Shown piece by piece: positions 29,404 through 40,073 of a stretch of 64,000 bases of DNA. Every line of letters starts with the position of its first letter. Position 1 is the first letter of the stretch. This stretch comes from a bacterium (lineage in GTDB: Bacteria > SAR324 > NAC60-12). Both the position numbers and the translations under genes were made by a program. A model generated the notes under the pieces. It ran no database searches. It had not been told where the DNA came from and was given only the letters and a program-made list of their open reading frames with translations. Location of the stretch: contig CBDDTI010000747.1 of assembly GCA_965233585.1 (NCBI GenBank), forward strand, positions 128,001-192,000, written 5' to 3'.

Positions 29404-32400
29404 ATGCAAAAGCTCATCAATCGTTGTCTTGTTCATTTGGCATCTGTTGTCAAACCTTCTGTTGTCCAGACAGGTGTTTGCCTGCTGTGCATCACGACTC
29501 TCTTTGCCTGCAGTAGTGACGATGGTGGTGCGTCTTCAGGAGGAGGAAACACCCCAGCTGCCATCTCACCAAAGGAAGCAGAAAAAGAAAACGAAGCAGA
29601 AGGGGGTCAATGTTTGCAGATTCCTAAAACCCTGACGCAAGGCACAGGCAACCTTGCCATCTTCAACTCACTAGATGAAGATGTCCTGCTGTCGTATTCC
29701 AGCAGTCTGAATGCTGATGATGTGATGGCTGTCATTGGAGGCAAGCAGAACGGAGTGAAGGTGGACATTTCACAACGAAGTTCTTCAACGGTCATGGTGT
29801 TTGGATTCAAAATGCCAGCAGTCAAGGACTACCTGAAAGCAGACTGCGATGAGACCAAGATGCCAACAGCTTTTGTGCAAAGTGAGTTCATTCCCACAGC
29901 CGAATCTAGTTTTGTGCTAGAAGCCAGCGAGATGAAACAAGATTACGGAACATTGCTGATACTCAACAAACGTTCTGGTCTGGTGTCTATTTTTCAAGGC
30001 AGTTCAAGGAACAAGCAAATCGGAGTGGTTCAGGCTGGTCAGTCTAACTATCGGATTCAAATCCCCATCGGCTACAAGCAACTCGTGTTTTATTTGCACA
30101 AGGCATCAGGAGGCATTGACTTTACAAAACCTGTCTTTTCCAAAAATCTGGTCTTTAACAAAGGAGACACTAAACTGGTGTTCATTCCCAACAAGACCAT
30201 TTTCAATGGTGCGAAGATCAAGTTTCTCAATGCCTCTGCCCAAGATGTGATGCTGATGGTGAGAAAGAGTGATAGCCCGTTGTCTAATGTAGAGTGCAGT
30301 TGTGAGGTCGTTGGCAAGGAATCGGCTAAACCTGTGATGATTCTGGTGCAAGACAAGTATTATTCAGCTGACTTCTTCTTTTCTGTGATTAGTTTAGACA
30401 CAGGTCAAACCTTGACAGAGAGTCAACCCTTTGAGTTAGATAAAAAAACGAACGTGCAGTTTGAGTTGAAAGCAGATTTGTCTCTGAAGAAGACAGATTT
30501 GGGCAAGAATCAAGTTGTTGTGCCAAATGAAAAACCCAGCACCCCAAGTGAAGTGAAAACAAGCGAGGTCAAAGCCAGCAGTGTCAAAGTCAGCTGGTTG
30601 CCTTCAGCAGATTCAGATGGTCAAGTGGAAGGTTATGAAGTCTCTTACAAGACAAGTAGCGGGTCATGGACAGGAACACAAACCACCACGCAAACCAGTC
30701 TGATTGTGTCAGGATTACAGCCTGAAACCAGCTACGCTTTCCGCATACGAGCCAAAGATGATGAGGGAGACTGGAGTGCTTATGAAGAAAGCCAACCTGT
30801 CAAGACGCCTGAAGCTGCCAATCAACCACCCAGCAAACCTAGCACCATCAGCACCAGCCAAGTGACAGACTCCAGCATCAAGGTTTCATGGACTGCTGCC
30901 ACAGACTCTGACGGCAGCATTTCTGGCTATGAAATCTCTTATCAGACAGGTAATGGGTTTTGGAAAGGGGCAAGGACGATTACTGGCACCACTTACACTT
31001 TTTACTCACTGCAGTCTGAAACTAGCTACACTTTCCGCATTCGTGCCAAAGACAATGACGGACAATGGAGTGCTTACCAACAAAGTACCCAAGTTAAGAC
31101 TCTTGCACCCCCAAGCAAACCCAGCAACATCAGCACCAGCAACATTCAAAAGACTAGCATCAAGCTGTCTTGGACTGCTGCCACAGATTCTGACGGAGTC
31201 ATTGCAGGCTATGAAGTCTCTTACAAAACAGGCAACGGGGCATGGACAGGAACACAAACCACCACTCAAACGTCTTTAATTGTGTCAGGATTACAGCCGA
31301 ACACTGCCTACACTTTCCGCATTCGTGCCAGAGACAATCACAGACAATGGGGTGAGTATTTGCATGCCAGCGCTAAGACTCTTGCACCCCCAAGCAAACC
31401 AAGCACCATTAGCACCAGCAACATTCAAAAAACTAGCATCAAGGTCTCATGGACTGCTGCCACAGATTCTGATGGAGTCATTGCAGGTTATGAAGTCTCT
31501 TACAAAACAGGCAACGGGTCTTGGACAGGAACACAAACCACGACCCAAACCAATCTCACCGTGTCAGGATTACAACCGAACACTGCCTACACTTTCCGCA
31601 TTCGTGCCAAAGACAATCACGGACAATGGAGCGATTACCAGCAAAGTTCTGCTGTCAAAACCGATCTTGGCATCTCCAAATACACTTGGAAGCAAATCAA
31701 AGCCAATGACAACACAGGCTGGTCTAAACGACTTGAGCCTGCTAGTGTGGTATTTGATGGCAAACTCTGGGTGCTAGGGGGATATGATGGAAGTAAGAAA
31801 AACGATGTATGGAGCAGTACTGATGGACAAACTTGGAAACAGGTAACATCCTCTGCAAGTTGGTCTGTTCGTGATGATCATACAAGTGTCGTATTCAATA
31901 GCAAACTCTGGGTGCTGGGGGGAGGTAGCCACAAAAACGATGTATGGAGTTCTTCTGATGGCAAGAATTGGACAGAACACAAGATTCCAGCAGGCAAAAC
32001 TCGTTGGTCTGCAAGAAATGGTCATACAGTTGTCGCGTTCAATGGAAAACTTTGGGTCATGGGAGGTGAAGGTGGAGTCAGGAAAAACGATGTATGGAGT
32101 TCTTCTGATGGTCAAACTTGGACACAGGTAACACCCTCTGCAAGTTGGTCTGTTCGTGATGATCATACAAGCGTCGTATTTGATGGCAAACTCTGGGTGC
32201 TAGGGGGATATGATGGAAATAGTCGCTTCAACGATGCTTGGAGTTCTTCTGATGGCAAGAATTGGACAGAACACAAGATTCCATTAGGCAAGACTCGTTG
32301 GTCTAGGCGTGAAGATCATACAAGTGTCGTCTTTGATAGCAAACTCTGGGTGATGGGTGGAACTGACGGAGGAACAAAAAACGACGTTTGGAGTTCTCCT

Positions 32401-32553
32401 GATGGTGTCAATTGGACAAAAGTCACTGACGCAGCAGGCTGGTCTACTCGTCTGTATCATATAAGTGTCGTCTTCAAAAACAAAATCTGGGTGCTGGGAG
32501 GAGGGGCAACCAGCTCTAATCGCAAAAACGATGTTTGGGCATTTGGTCCTTAG
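29404..32553 (+). CDS. Lipoprotein with unique N-domain, 4 fibronectin type III domains and a Kelch-like propeller
   Basis: Lipobox LFAC; four W...DSDG...GYEVSY...GLQP.T.Y.FRIRA.D repeats; six VVFxxKLWVxGG...NDVWSSxDG blades. Confidence 0.88.
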   Translation: MQKLINRCLVHLASVVKPSVVQTGVCLLCITTLFACSSDDGGASSGGGNTPAAISPKEAEKENEAEGGQCLQIPKTLTQGTGNLAIFNSLDEDVLLSYSSSLNADDVMAVIGGKQNGVKVDISQRSSSTVMVFGFKMPAVKDYLKADCDETKMPTAFVQSEFIPTAESSFVLEASEMKQDYGTLLILNKRSGLVSIFQGSSRNKQIGVVQAGQSNYRIQIPIGYKQLVFYLHKASGGIDFTKPVFSKNLVFNKGDTKLVFIPNKTIFNGAKIKFLNASAQDVMLMVRKSDSPLSNVECSCEVVGKESAKPVMILVQDKYYSADFFFSVISLDTGQTLTESQPFELDKKTNVQFELKADLSLKKTDLGKNQVVVPNEKPSTPSEVKTSEVKASSVKVSWLPSADSDGQVEGYEVSYKTSSGSWTGTQTTTQTSLIVSGLQPETSYAFRIRAKDDEGDWSAYEESQPVKTPEAANQPPSKPSTISTSQVTDSSIKVSWTAATDSDGSISGYEISYQTGNGFWKGARTITGTTYTFYSLQSETSYTFRIRAKDNDGQWSAYQQSTQVKTLAPPSKPSNISTSNIQKTSIKLSWTAATDSDGVIAGYEVSYKTGNGAWTGTQTTTQTSLIVSGLQPNTAYTFRIRARDNHRQWGEYLHASAKTLAPPSKPSTISTSNIQKTSIKVSWTAATDSDGVIAGYEVSYKTGNGSWTGTQTTTQTNLTVSGLQPNTAYTFRIRAKDNHGQWSDYQQSSAVKTDLGISKYTWKQIKANDNTGWSKRLEPASVVFDGKLWVLGGYDGSKKNDVWSSTDGQTWKQVTSSASWSVRDDHTSVVFNSKLWVLGGGSHKNDVWSSSDGKNWTEHKIPAGKTRWSARNGHTVVAFNGKLWVMGGEGGVRKNDVWSSSDGQTWTQVTPSASWSVRDDHTSVVFDGKLWVLGGYDGNSRFNDAWSSSDGKNWTEHKIPLGKTRWSRREDHTSVVFDSKLWVMGGTDGGTKNDVWSSPDGVNWTKVTDAAGWSTRLYHISVVFKNKIWVLGGGATSSNRKNDVWAFGP

Positions 32554-32607
32554 GCATTCTCAAAACTTACCCAGCTTGCTTACCATAAGCAAGCACCTCT
32601 TGTCTTT

Positions 32608-33010
32608 TGTCATTGCTCACTTTGAAAACCTTCATTGCGGGTTTGACCCGCAATCTCCTTTGTTTCCTAAACGACCCCGTCATTGCTCACTTTAAAAAAC
32701 CGCCATTGCGGGCGTGTCTTGGTCATTGGGGACCTGACCCGCAATCTTCTTTGTTTTTTCTTCTTCGTTCACTTTTTTTGAGATTCCACATCAAGTGCGG
32801 AATGACGGAGGACGTTTGAGATTCCGTGTCAAGCACGGAATGACAAAGAACGTCTTTACCTTGAAACCCGTCATTGCGGGCTTGACCCACAATCTGCCCT
32901 TGTCTTTTTCCCAATAATTCCTTTTTTTTAGATTCCGTGTCAGGCACGGAATGACGGGAGCATCATTGCTTAACTTGAAAACTGTCATTGCGGGCTTGAC
33001 CCACAATCTC
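32608..33010. repeat. Dense cluster of palindromic REP-like repeats (at least 7 copies)
   Basis: Copies at about 32631, 32722, 32780, 32818, 32870, 32929 and 32984, plus GTCATTGCTCACTTT half-sites. Confidence 0.9.
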
Positions 33011-33100
33011 TCTTTTGTTATAGCTTCTTCTTTTTTCCAAAAATCTGCTAGGCTAGGTATATTTTACTTTTTAGAATTTTAATTATTAAGGAGACAAACA

Positions 33101-33283
33101 ATGACCGATGAAGAACTCAAACAGCTGGTGGCTTCGTTAGCCATCTCACAAGCCAAAACCGATGAACAACTTGCTGAAGGAAATCGGCAAATTCAAGAAT
33201 TCCGGAGTTCCCAAGCAGAAACGACTTTGCAACTTCAGGGACTTAGAGCGGCAGTGGCAAGCATAATGAGCATGAGTCTGTGA
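33101..33283 (+). pseudogene. Truncated N-terminus of a coiled-coil protein (DUF3782-like)
   Basis: Strong AAGGAG RBS; MTDEELKQLVASLAISQAKTDEQ...SQAET; runs into the antisense of the SNF2 relic at about 33250. Confidence 0.55.
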
Positions 33284-33985
33284 GTTTTTAATTTTGTGGC
33301 TTTCATCAACAATTAAAAGGTCTATCTTGAGAATATTTTTGATCGTGTCTAATCCTGTTTTTCTGTTTGTGCCTTTCCATAAAGTCTCAGAAAGCAGACT
33401 GTAAGGAATGATGGCTTTGCTGTAACGTCTTGGCCATTCACCCTCCATGTCTGTTTGTGAAACACAGTACTGGAGTGTCTTGCCGTCCAGTTCAACAAAA
33501 TCTTCTTGAAATCGTTTAAATTCCAAACTCCATTTGCGATCTATGACCAAAGGTTTAGGACAGATGACAAACACGTTTTCCATGGTCTGACGTGCTTGCA
33601 GTTCTTTAAAAATTAAGCAAGTTTCAATGGTTTTTCCAACACCCACATCATCGGCAATCAATAGTCTAGGAGAAGACGCCTTCAGAAACTTCAAAACAGG
33701 TCTGTATTGATAAGGCACAAAGTCCACATCACCGCTATTAGGAGAGCCGACCAAAAAAGTTCCCGGTGCATGCAAGACTTCTGCTGTGATTCTTGCCTTC
33801 AAAAGTTTCAAACTGGCTTCAGTCTTGACCTCCTCAAAAAGAGTGAGTTGCTCGGCATAAAACTTTTGAATAGAGCCATTGATAAAAACAGAATATTGAA
33901 AACTTTCACCAAAACGTTCGGCTTCTACAATCACTCCTCTCAGCTCAGGGTTAGACTTCACTTGAACAATGTCGTGTTTTTTCAT
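33250..33985 (-). pseudogene. Truncated SNF2-family helicase (N-terminal part only)
   Basis: PYQ..P, LLIADDVGVGKTIE (motif I), LLIVDESHK (motif II); later helicase motifs absent. Confidence 0.8.
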
Positions 33986-34112
33986 AATTTTTTGCAGTTA
34001 AAAGATAATTTAGTCAAATGTTCATTACAAACAAATCAAGATGATGAAATGAGATGAGACGGTTGATGATGCGATGATTCAAAAAAAACTTGCGATTCAG
34101 AAACGCTTATTT

Positions 34113-35144
34113 TCAGAAGTGAGTTTCAATGACTTTTAAGACTTCTGCAGGAGAGATGGAATGCAGGCACAGTCTGTCTTCTTGGATTTGGCAACGTCCC
34201 TGTCCTGTGCGTGAGCAGGGTCTGCAAGGTAGGTCAACCTCTAAGACATGACTTTGGGGCAGGAAAGGAGCGTATCCCCATTGTTTCACAGTCGGTCCAA
34301 AAAGAGCGATGACAGGCGTCTTGACTGACTCTGCAAGATGCACGACTGATGAGTCATTGGACACTGCCAGCTTGGCAAACTTCAAGGCTGTTGCTGATTC
34401 TAAGATAGAAAAAATTCCTGCAAAACAAGCAACATCGCCACCTAAATTGTCTTGCAAGTCCCATGCTTCTTGGTCTTCTGCACCACCCAAGATGATAAGG
34501 TCATAACCTTTGATGAGCAGTTGTTCTCCTAAAGTACTGAATGAATCCAAAGACCACTTCTTGCCTTCAAACGAAGCACCCGGTGCCAGTGCAATCAACG
34601 GTTTGGTTAAAGAGACTCCAGCTTGTTGCAGTTGTGCTTGGACGTCTGATTCCATCTCTTGAGACAAGAAGAGTTCAGAGGTGGGTTGTTCAGAGAGAGT
34701 TGCCCATTTGGCAAGCGGTGCAAGGAGCATCTGCCTGAAGGATCGTTGAGGCATCAGGTCTATTTTGAATCGTGTCAACAGGGTTCTTTTCCAGCCATAC
34801 TTGCGAATGCGTATCAGCTGAAAACCCCGCTTCAGCATTCTGACCAAAGACCTGCTTCTCAATGACGAATGGGCATCATAGACAAGGTCAAATTGCTGTG
34901 TTTTTAAATCTTTGCCAAGTTCTTTAACTCCCAACTTCTGACTTCGGTCTAATCCAAAAACCTGATGAATGTAGGGATTATTGCTGACCACTTCTACAAA
35001 TTCTTGCGAGGTGACAAAAGTGATTTGTGCCTCAGGAAAGGTGTCATATAATTCTTTGAAGAGTACCGTCGTTAAAACAACATCTCCTAAAGAACTAAAG
35101 CGAATGACAAGAATTTTGGAGATTTTTTTCTTTTTCTTAAACAA
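34113..35144 (-). CDS. GT9 glycosyltransferase (LPS heptosyltransferase-like)
   Basis: ILVIRFSSLGDVVL, APGAS..GKKW, SNDSS..H, ALFGPT, CRPC. Confidence 0.9.
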   Translation of the reverse strand: MFKKKKKISKILVIRFSSLGDVVLTTVLFKELYDTFPEAQITFVTSQEFVEVVSNNPYIHQVFGLDRSQKLGVKELGKDLKTQQFDLVYDAHSSLRSRSLVRMLKRGFQLIRIRKYGWKRTLLTRFKIDLMPQRSFRQMLLAPLAKWATLSEQPTSELFLSQEMESDVQAQLQQAGVSLTKPLIALAPGASFEGKKWSLDSFSTLGEQLLIKGYDLIILGGAEDQEAWDLQDNLGGDVACFAGIFSILESATALKFAKLAVSNDSSVVHLAESVKTPVIALFGPTVKQWGYAPFLPQSHVLEVDLPCRPCSRTGQGRCQIQEDRLCLHSISPAEVLKVIETHF

Positions 35145-35234
35145 CTTCTTTTTAGTAATTTATTTTTGAAAAACTTCTTTTTGAATTGATTTTGAACAAC
35201 TCATTTCACCATTGTTCTTCTCATTATTTCATCA

Positions 35235-35522
35235 TTGTTCAAAGACAATGAAGGACAATTTGCTTGCAAATTCTCATCAAAGTATCATACTTTGAAAATT
35301 TTTGGGCAAGGTTTGCCTAATCAAATCAATCAAAAACACTCGTTCTACTGAACAACCATGGCGACATTACAACAACACTTGCAAACACTAAAGGAACATT
35401 CGCATAACACCAGGGAACAAGGGGCATCGTTTGAAAAGCTGATGCAAGCCTTTTTGTTGAAAGACAAAGAACAACAACAACGTTTTTCAAATTTTAAAAA
35501 ACTCCAGCATTTTGTCTTTTAA
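35235..35522 (+). pseudogene. Diverged copy of the upstream region and first ~44 codons of the Type ISP gene
   Basis: Aligns with about 36200-36477; ORF 35358-35522 begins MATLQQHLQTLKEHSHNTREQGASFEKLMQAFLLKDKEQQQRFSN and then diverges. Confidence 0.85.
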
Positions 35523-35550
35523 ATAGAAGTTTGTTAGGCTTATCTACGTT

Positions 35551-35727
35551 ATGAAACAAATATTAGTAGTCTATCTGACTTTAAGTCTGATTGGTTTTGG
35601 TTATCTTATTGGATATGTCATAGAAGAAATAGCCACCGTACAGGAGTTATCATTCTTATTTTGGGGACTTTTTATTGTTCATATCAGTAGTCTATTGGGT
35701 TTATATCTTTTAAAAGGAGACGATTAA
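35551..35727 (+). CDS. Small two-TM hypothetical protein (58 aa)
   Basis: MKQILVVYLTLSLIGFGYLIGYVIEEIATVQELSFLFWGLFIVHISSLLGLYLLKGDD; below the ORF-track cutoff. Confidence 0.45.
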   Translation: MKQILVVYLTLSLIGFGYLIGYVIEEIATVQELSFLFWGLFIVHISSLLGLYLLKGDD

Positions 35728-35728
35728 A

Positions 35729-35824
35729 ATGCTAGAGCTTATCACTGTGTTATTTGTTGCTTGCCCTGTTGCTTGTCTTGTCATTGTCATATTAGAGAAG
35801 CGAAAAAAGAACCAAGTCATTTGA
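35729..35824 (+). CDS. Small hydrophobic peptide (31 aa)
   Basis: AAGGAG RBS; MLELITVLFVACPVACLVIVILEKRKKNQVI. Confidence 0.45.
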   Translation: MLELITVLFVACPVACLVIVILEKRKKNQVI

Positions 35825-35841
35825 ACAAGATTCAAGGAAGA

Positions 35842-35943
35842 ATGACAAGCTATCTCATCATCGGTACAACCATCATCTTTAGTGTTTCATGTGCTAAAGA
35901 GATTTACATCGCCTATAAAAAATCATCAAAATCTAATCAGTAA
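35842..35943 (+). CDS. Small hydrophobic peptide (33 aa)
   Basis: AAGGA RBS; MTSYLIIGTTIIFSVSCAKEIYIAYKKSSKSNQ. Confidence 0.4.
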   Translation: MTSYLIIGTTIIFSVSCAKEIYIAYKKSSKSNQ

Positions 35944-38900
35944 AAAGGAACAAGATGCTGGCAACAATGGTCATATCAGCCGCTAGTATTTTTTAGTGAC
36001 AACATGATTTGGTTGTTACTTTGCCATCTCAAAATCACAAAGTTGACAACTTCCCTGACTGATGACTTCTTTTTTCCAAGAGCTTAAAAAATGATTTGAC
36101 TCATTGTAGCTTCAGCTTGTTTTAGTAATCTACCTTCTAAATAATCCATTTCATCATTTTTGGAACGATTCATCATCATCATTGTTTTTTGTTCTTTTGA
36201 TTGTTCAAAGTCAATAAAAAAATAATCAAGGTCAATCAAGGACAATTTGCTTGCAAATTCTTATCAAAGTATCATAATTCAAAAATTTTTGGGCAAGGTT
36301 TGTCTAATCAAATCAATCAACAACACTTCATTTCACTGAACAACCATGACGACATTACAACAACATCTGCAAACACTAAAGGAACATTCTCACAACAACA
36401 GAGAACGAGGACTTTTGTTTGAAAAGCTGATGCAAGCCTTTTTGCTAAAAGACAAAGAACAACAACGTTTTTCAAACGTCTGGCTTTGGAGTGAATGGGC
36501 AGAACAGCAACAAATCTCAAAAACAGACACAGGCATTGACTTGGTCGCACAGCAACGTGACGGAACGCTTTGTGCCATTCAATGTAAGTTTTATGACGAA
36601 CAGCATACGTTGCAAAAGTCAGACATTGACAGTTTTTTTACAGCATCAGGCAAGGCATACAATCAGCAGACGTTTCAAAACCGTTTGATTATTTCAACCA
36701 CTGACAAATGGAGCAAGCATGCAGACGAAGCCTTACAAAAACAGCAGATTCCATGCTCAAGACTAGGCGTGCAAGATTTGACTCAAAACTCATCTATCAA
36801 AGATTGGGGTGATTTGCAAAATCCTCAAAGCACCATTCAAGTTGATGAGCGTAAAAAGACCCCTAGACCGCACAAAGGGACGCCATCAATGCCGTGTTAC
36901 AAGGATTGCAAAGTGCTGATGAGGGCAAGCTCATCATGGCTTGTGGCACAGGCAAAACCCTGACTGCTCTTTGGGTTATGGAAGAATGGCTTAAAACGCA
37001 AGAGTCTCAAGACAAAGAAGGCGTCAAAAATGACCAGTTTGTCTTGTTTCTTGTGCCTTCACTGGCTTTGCTTTCCCAGACGATGAAGGAATGGGCAAGG
37101 GAACAAAATCAAGGCATGCCGCAACGTGTCTTTGCTGTCTGTTCTGATGCCAAAGTTGGCAAGAACGAAGAAGATTTACAAATCTCTGACCTCACCATTC
37201 CCCCAACCACTGATGCCAGCGATTTGGCAAAGCATCTGAAAACGATTCAATACGGTCGGGTCAATGTGGTCTTTTCTACTTATCAATCCTTAGCAGTCAT
37301 TCAAGAGGCTCAAAATGAACATGACGCACCAGCTTTTGACCTAGTGATTTGTGATGAAGCACACCGCACCACTGGCATTGATAAATCTGCAGGACTTGAC
37401 AAAGCCCAAGCAAGCAAGGTTGTCAAACCCTCTCATTTCAATTTAATCCATGACAAGGAGGCAATCCAAGCCAAGAAGCAACTTTACATGACTGCTACGC
37501 CAAGAATTTATGCAGACAGTGCCAAATCCAAAGCCAAAGAACACAACGTGCAAGTCTTTTCAATGGACGATAAAGCAGTTTACGGTAGCGAATTTTATAG
37601 GCTGGACTTTAGCGAAGCAGTGAAAAGAGATTTGTTGACCGATTACAAAGTCATCGTGTTGAGTGTGTCTGAAAATGCGGTTGACTTGGCAATGCAAGGA
37701 GTTTTGGCAACGTCAGGCGAGCTAAAATTGCCAGACCTTGCTAAGCTGTTTGGCTGTTGGTCTGGACTGGCAAAAAAGATTGCCACACCTACAAAAGAAG
37801 AAGCTGATGCCCTCAAGATTGACCCACTTCCCATGAAACGAGCCGTTGCTTTTTGCAAAGACATCAAAACCTCCAAAGCCATTCAAAACAGCTTTGCCAA
37901 CATGCTGACCTATTTTGCCAAAAATAATCCTGAACTGAACATCAATTTGCAATGTGAAACGCAACATGTGGACGGCACCATGAATGCGTTGCAACGAAAC
38001 GAAAAACTACGTTGGCTCAAAGACGAGTCTGAAAAGCAAAATGAATCTGCAAATGTTTGTCGGATTTTGAGTAATGCACGTTGTTTGTCTGAAGGAGTGG
38101 ACGTGCCTGCACTGGATGCCGTGTTGTTTTTGAACCCCAGAAAGTCGCAAATTGATGTCGTGCAAGCGGTGGGTCGTGTCATGCGGAAGTCAGAGGGCAA
38201 GAAGTATGGCTACATCATTTTGCCAATCGCAGTGCCTGCCTCTGACTCACCAGAGGACTCACTCAATCAACAACAAACTTATGAGGTAGTCTGGCAGATT
38301 TTACAAGCATTGCGTTCTCACGATGACCGATTCAATGCCATGATTAACAAGCTGGAACTCAACAAAAAGAAACCGCACAATCTCATCATTGGAACTCCTG
38401 AACACTTGCCTGATGAAAAAACTGAACAACTGACGATTGACTTTCCCCTTGATGACTTTTCTAATGCCATTTATGCCAAGTTAGTCCTGAAGTGTGGCGA
38501 CCGCACCTATTGGGAAAACTGGGCAAACGATGTTGCCACCATTGCACAGCGAAACATTGCCAGAATCAACAACCTCATTCAACACAATCAAAGTTGTCAA
38601 GATTTGTTTGCTGAATTTTTAAAAAGCCTTCAGGCAAACCTCAATCCCAGCCTTGACCAAAATGAAGCGATTGAGATGCTGGCACAACATGTCATCACCA
38701 AACCTGTCTTCAATGCCTTGTTTGAAGGTTATGACTTTGCTGAACACAATCCTATTTCTCAAAGCATGCAAACGGTGCTGGATTTGCTGGAAGACGAAGG
38801 CTTGGACAAAGAGACAGGAGATTTGGCAAAGTTTTATGAAAGCGTCAGAGACCGAGCCAAAGACATTGACAATTTAGAAGGCAAGCAACGGATTATCATT

Positions 38901-39285
38901 GAATTGTATGACAAATTTTTCAAAACCGCTTTCCCCAAAGTCACGGAACGGCTGGGCATTGTTTACACTCCTGTTGAAGTGGTGGACTTCATCTTACACT
39001 CGGTGCAACACCTCTTGCATCAAGAATTTGGACGCAGTTTGTCTGACGAAGGCATTCATGTTCTTGACCCCTTCACTGGCACAGGCACGTTCATCACAAG
39101 ACTTTTGCAAGACCCAATGCTCATCAATGATGCTGACCTTGAACGCAAATACAACCAAGAACTGCATGCCAACGAACTTGTTTTGCTTGCTTACTACATT
39201 GCGACCATCAACATTGAAAATGCCTTTCATCATCGTTTGGAACAAGCAAAGGGTAATGGCAAAACAGGTCAACAAAAGCACACCC

Positions 39286-39350
39286 GTCATTCCGTGCTTG
39301 ACACGGAATCTCAAAACAAGAGTGAGATTGCGGATCAAGTCCGCAATGAC
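39286..39350. repeat. Inverted doublet of palindromic repeats inside the Type ISP coding region
   Basis: GTCATTCCGTGCTTGACACGGAATCTC-11nt-GAGATTGCGGATCAAGTCCGCAATGAC. Confidence 0.92.
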
Positions 39351-39941
39351 TTGGGAAGCGAGGGGAATGAAGAAAGCCGAGAACACCAATATCAACCTTT
39401 TCAAGGGGCTGTCTTGACCGACACTTTTCAAATGGCAGAAAAACAAAGCAACTTTCAAGACAAGATTTTCCAAGAAAACCGAGACCGTGCCAACCAACAA
39501 AACCAAGCACCGATTCAAGTCATCATTGGCAACCCGCCTTACTCCGCAGGTCAACGGTCTGCCAATGACAACAACCAAAACCTCAAATATGAAATTTTAG
39601 ATGACCAAATTGCAAAATCTTATGTGAAAGAATCAAGAAGCACAACCAGAACCAGTGTTTATGATTCCTACATCAGAGCGATTAAATGGGGAAGTGAACG
39701 ATTGGGAAACAAAGGCATCATGGCACTGGTCACCAATGCAGGTTGGATTGAAAGCAATTCAGCAGATGGCATGAGAAAATGCCTACAACAAGACTTTAGC
39801 AGCATTTATGTTTTTCACTTGCGGGGGAATGCACGAACACAAGGAGAGCAAAGACGCAAAGAAAAAGATAACATTTTTGAAGAAGGAAGCAGAACCCCGA
39901 TTGCGATTACTTTTTTTGTGAAGAATCCAGAGTCCTCATCA

Positions 39942-40073
39942 GTCATTCCGTGCCTAGACACGGAATCTATCGTCAATCAAGGCGTGGATTCCTGCTTCGC
40001 TCCGAATGACGAAAGAAACGAGAATGAGATTGCGGGTCAAGCCCGCAATGACAAAAAGCAAGTCCGCAATGAC
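39942..40073. repeat. Palindromic repeat cluster inside the Type ISP coding region
   Basis: Copies at 39942 and 40026, a degenerate copy near 39987, half copy at 40059. Confidence 0.88.

Noticed and set aside
37643..39578. Long antisense and alternate-frame ORFs over the ISP gene (likewise over copA, glgX, glnA, rpl genes)
   Set aside because: Shadow ORFs of well-supported genes with no motifs of their own.
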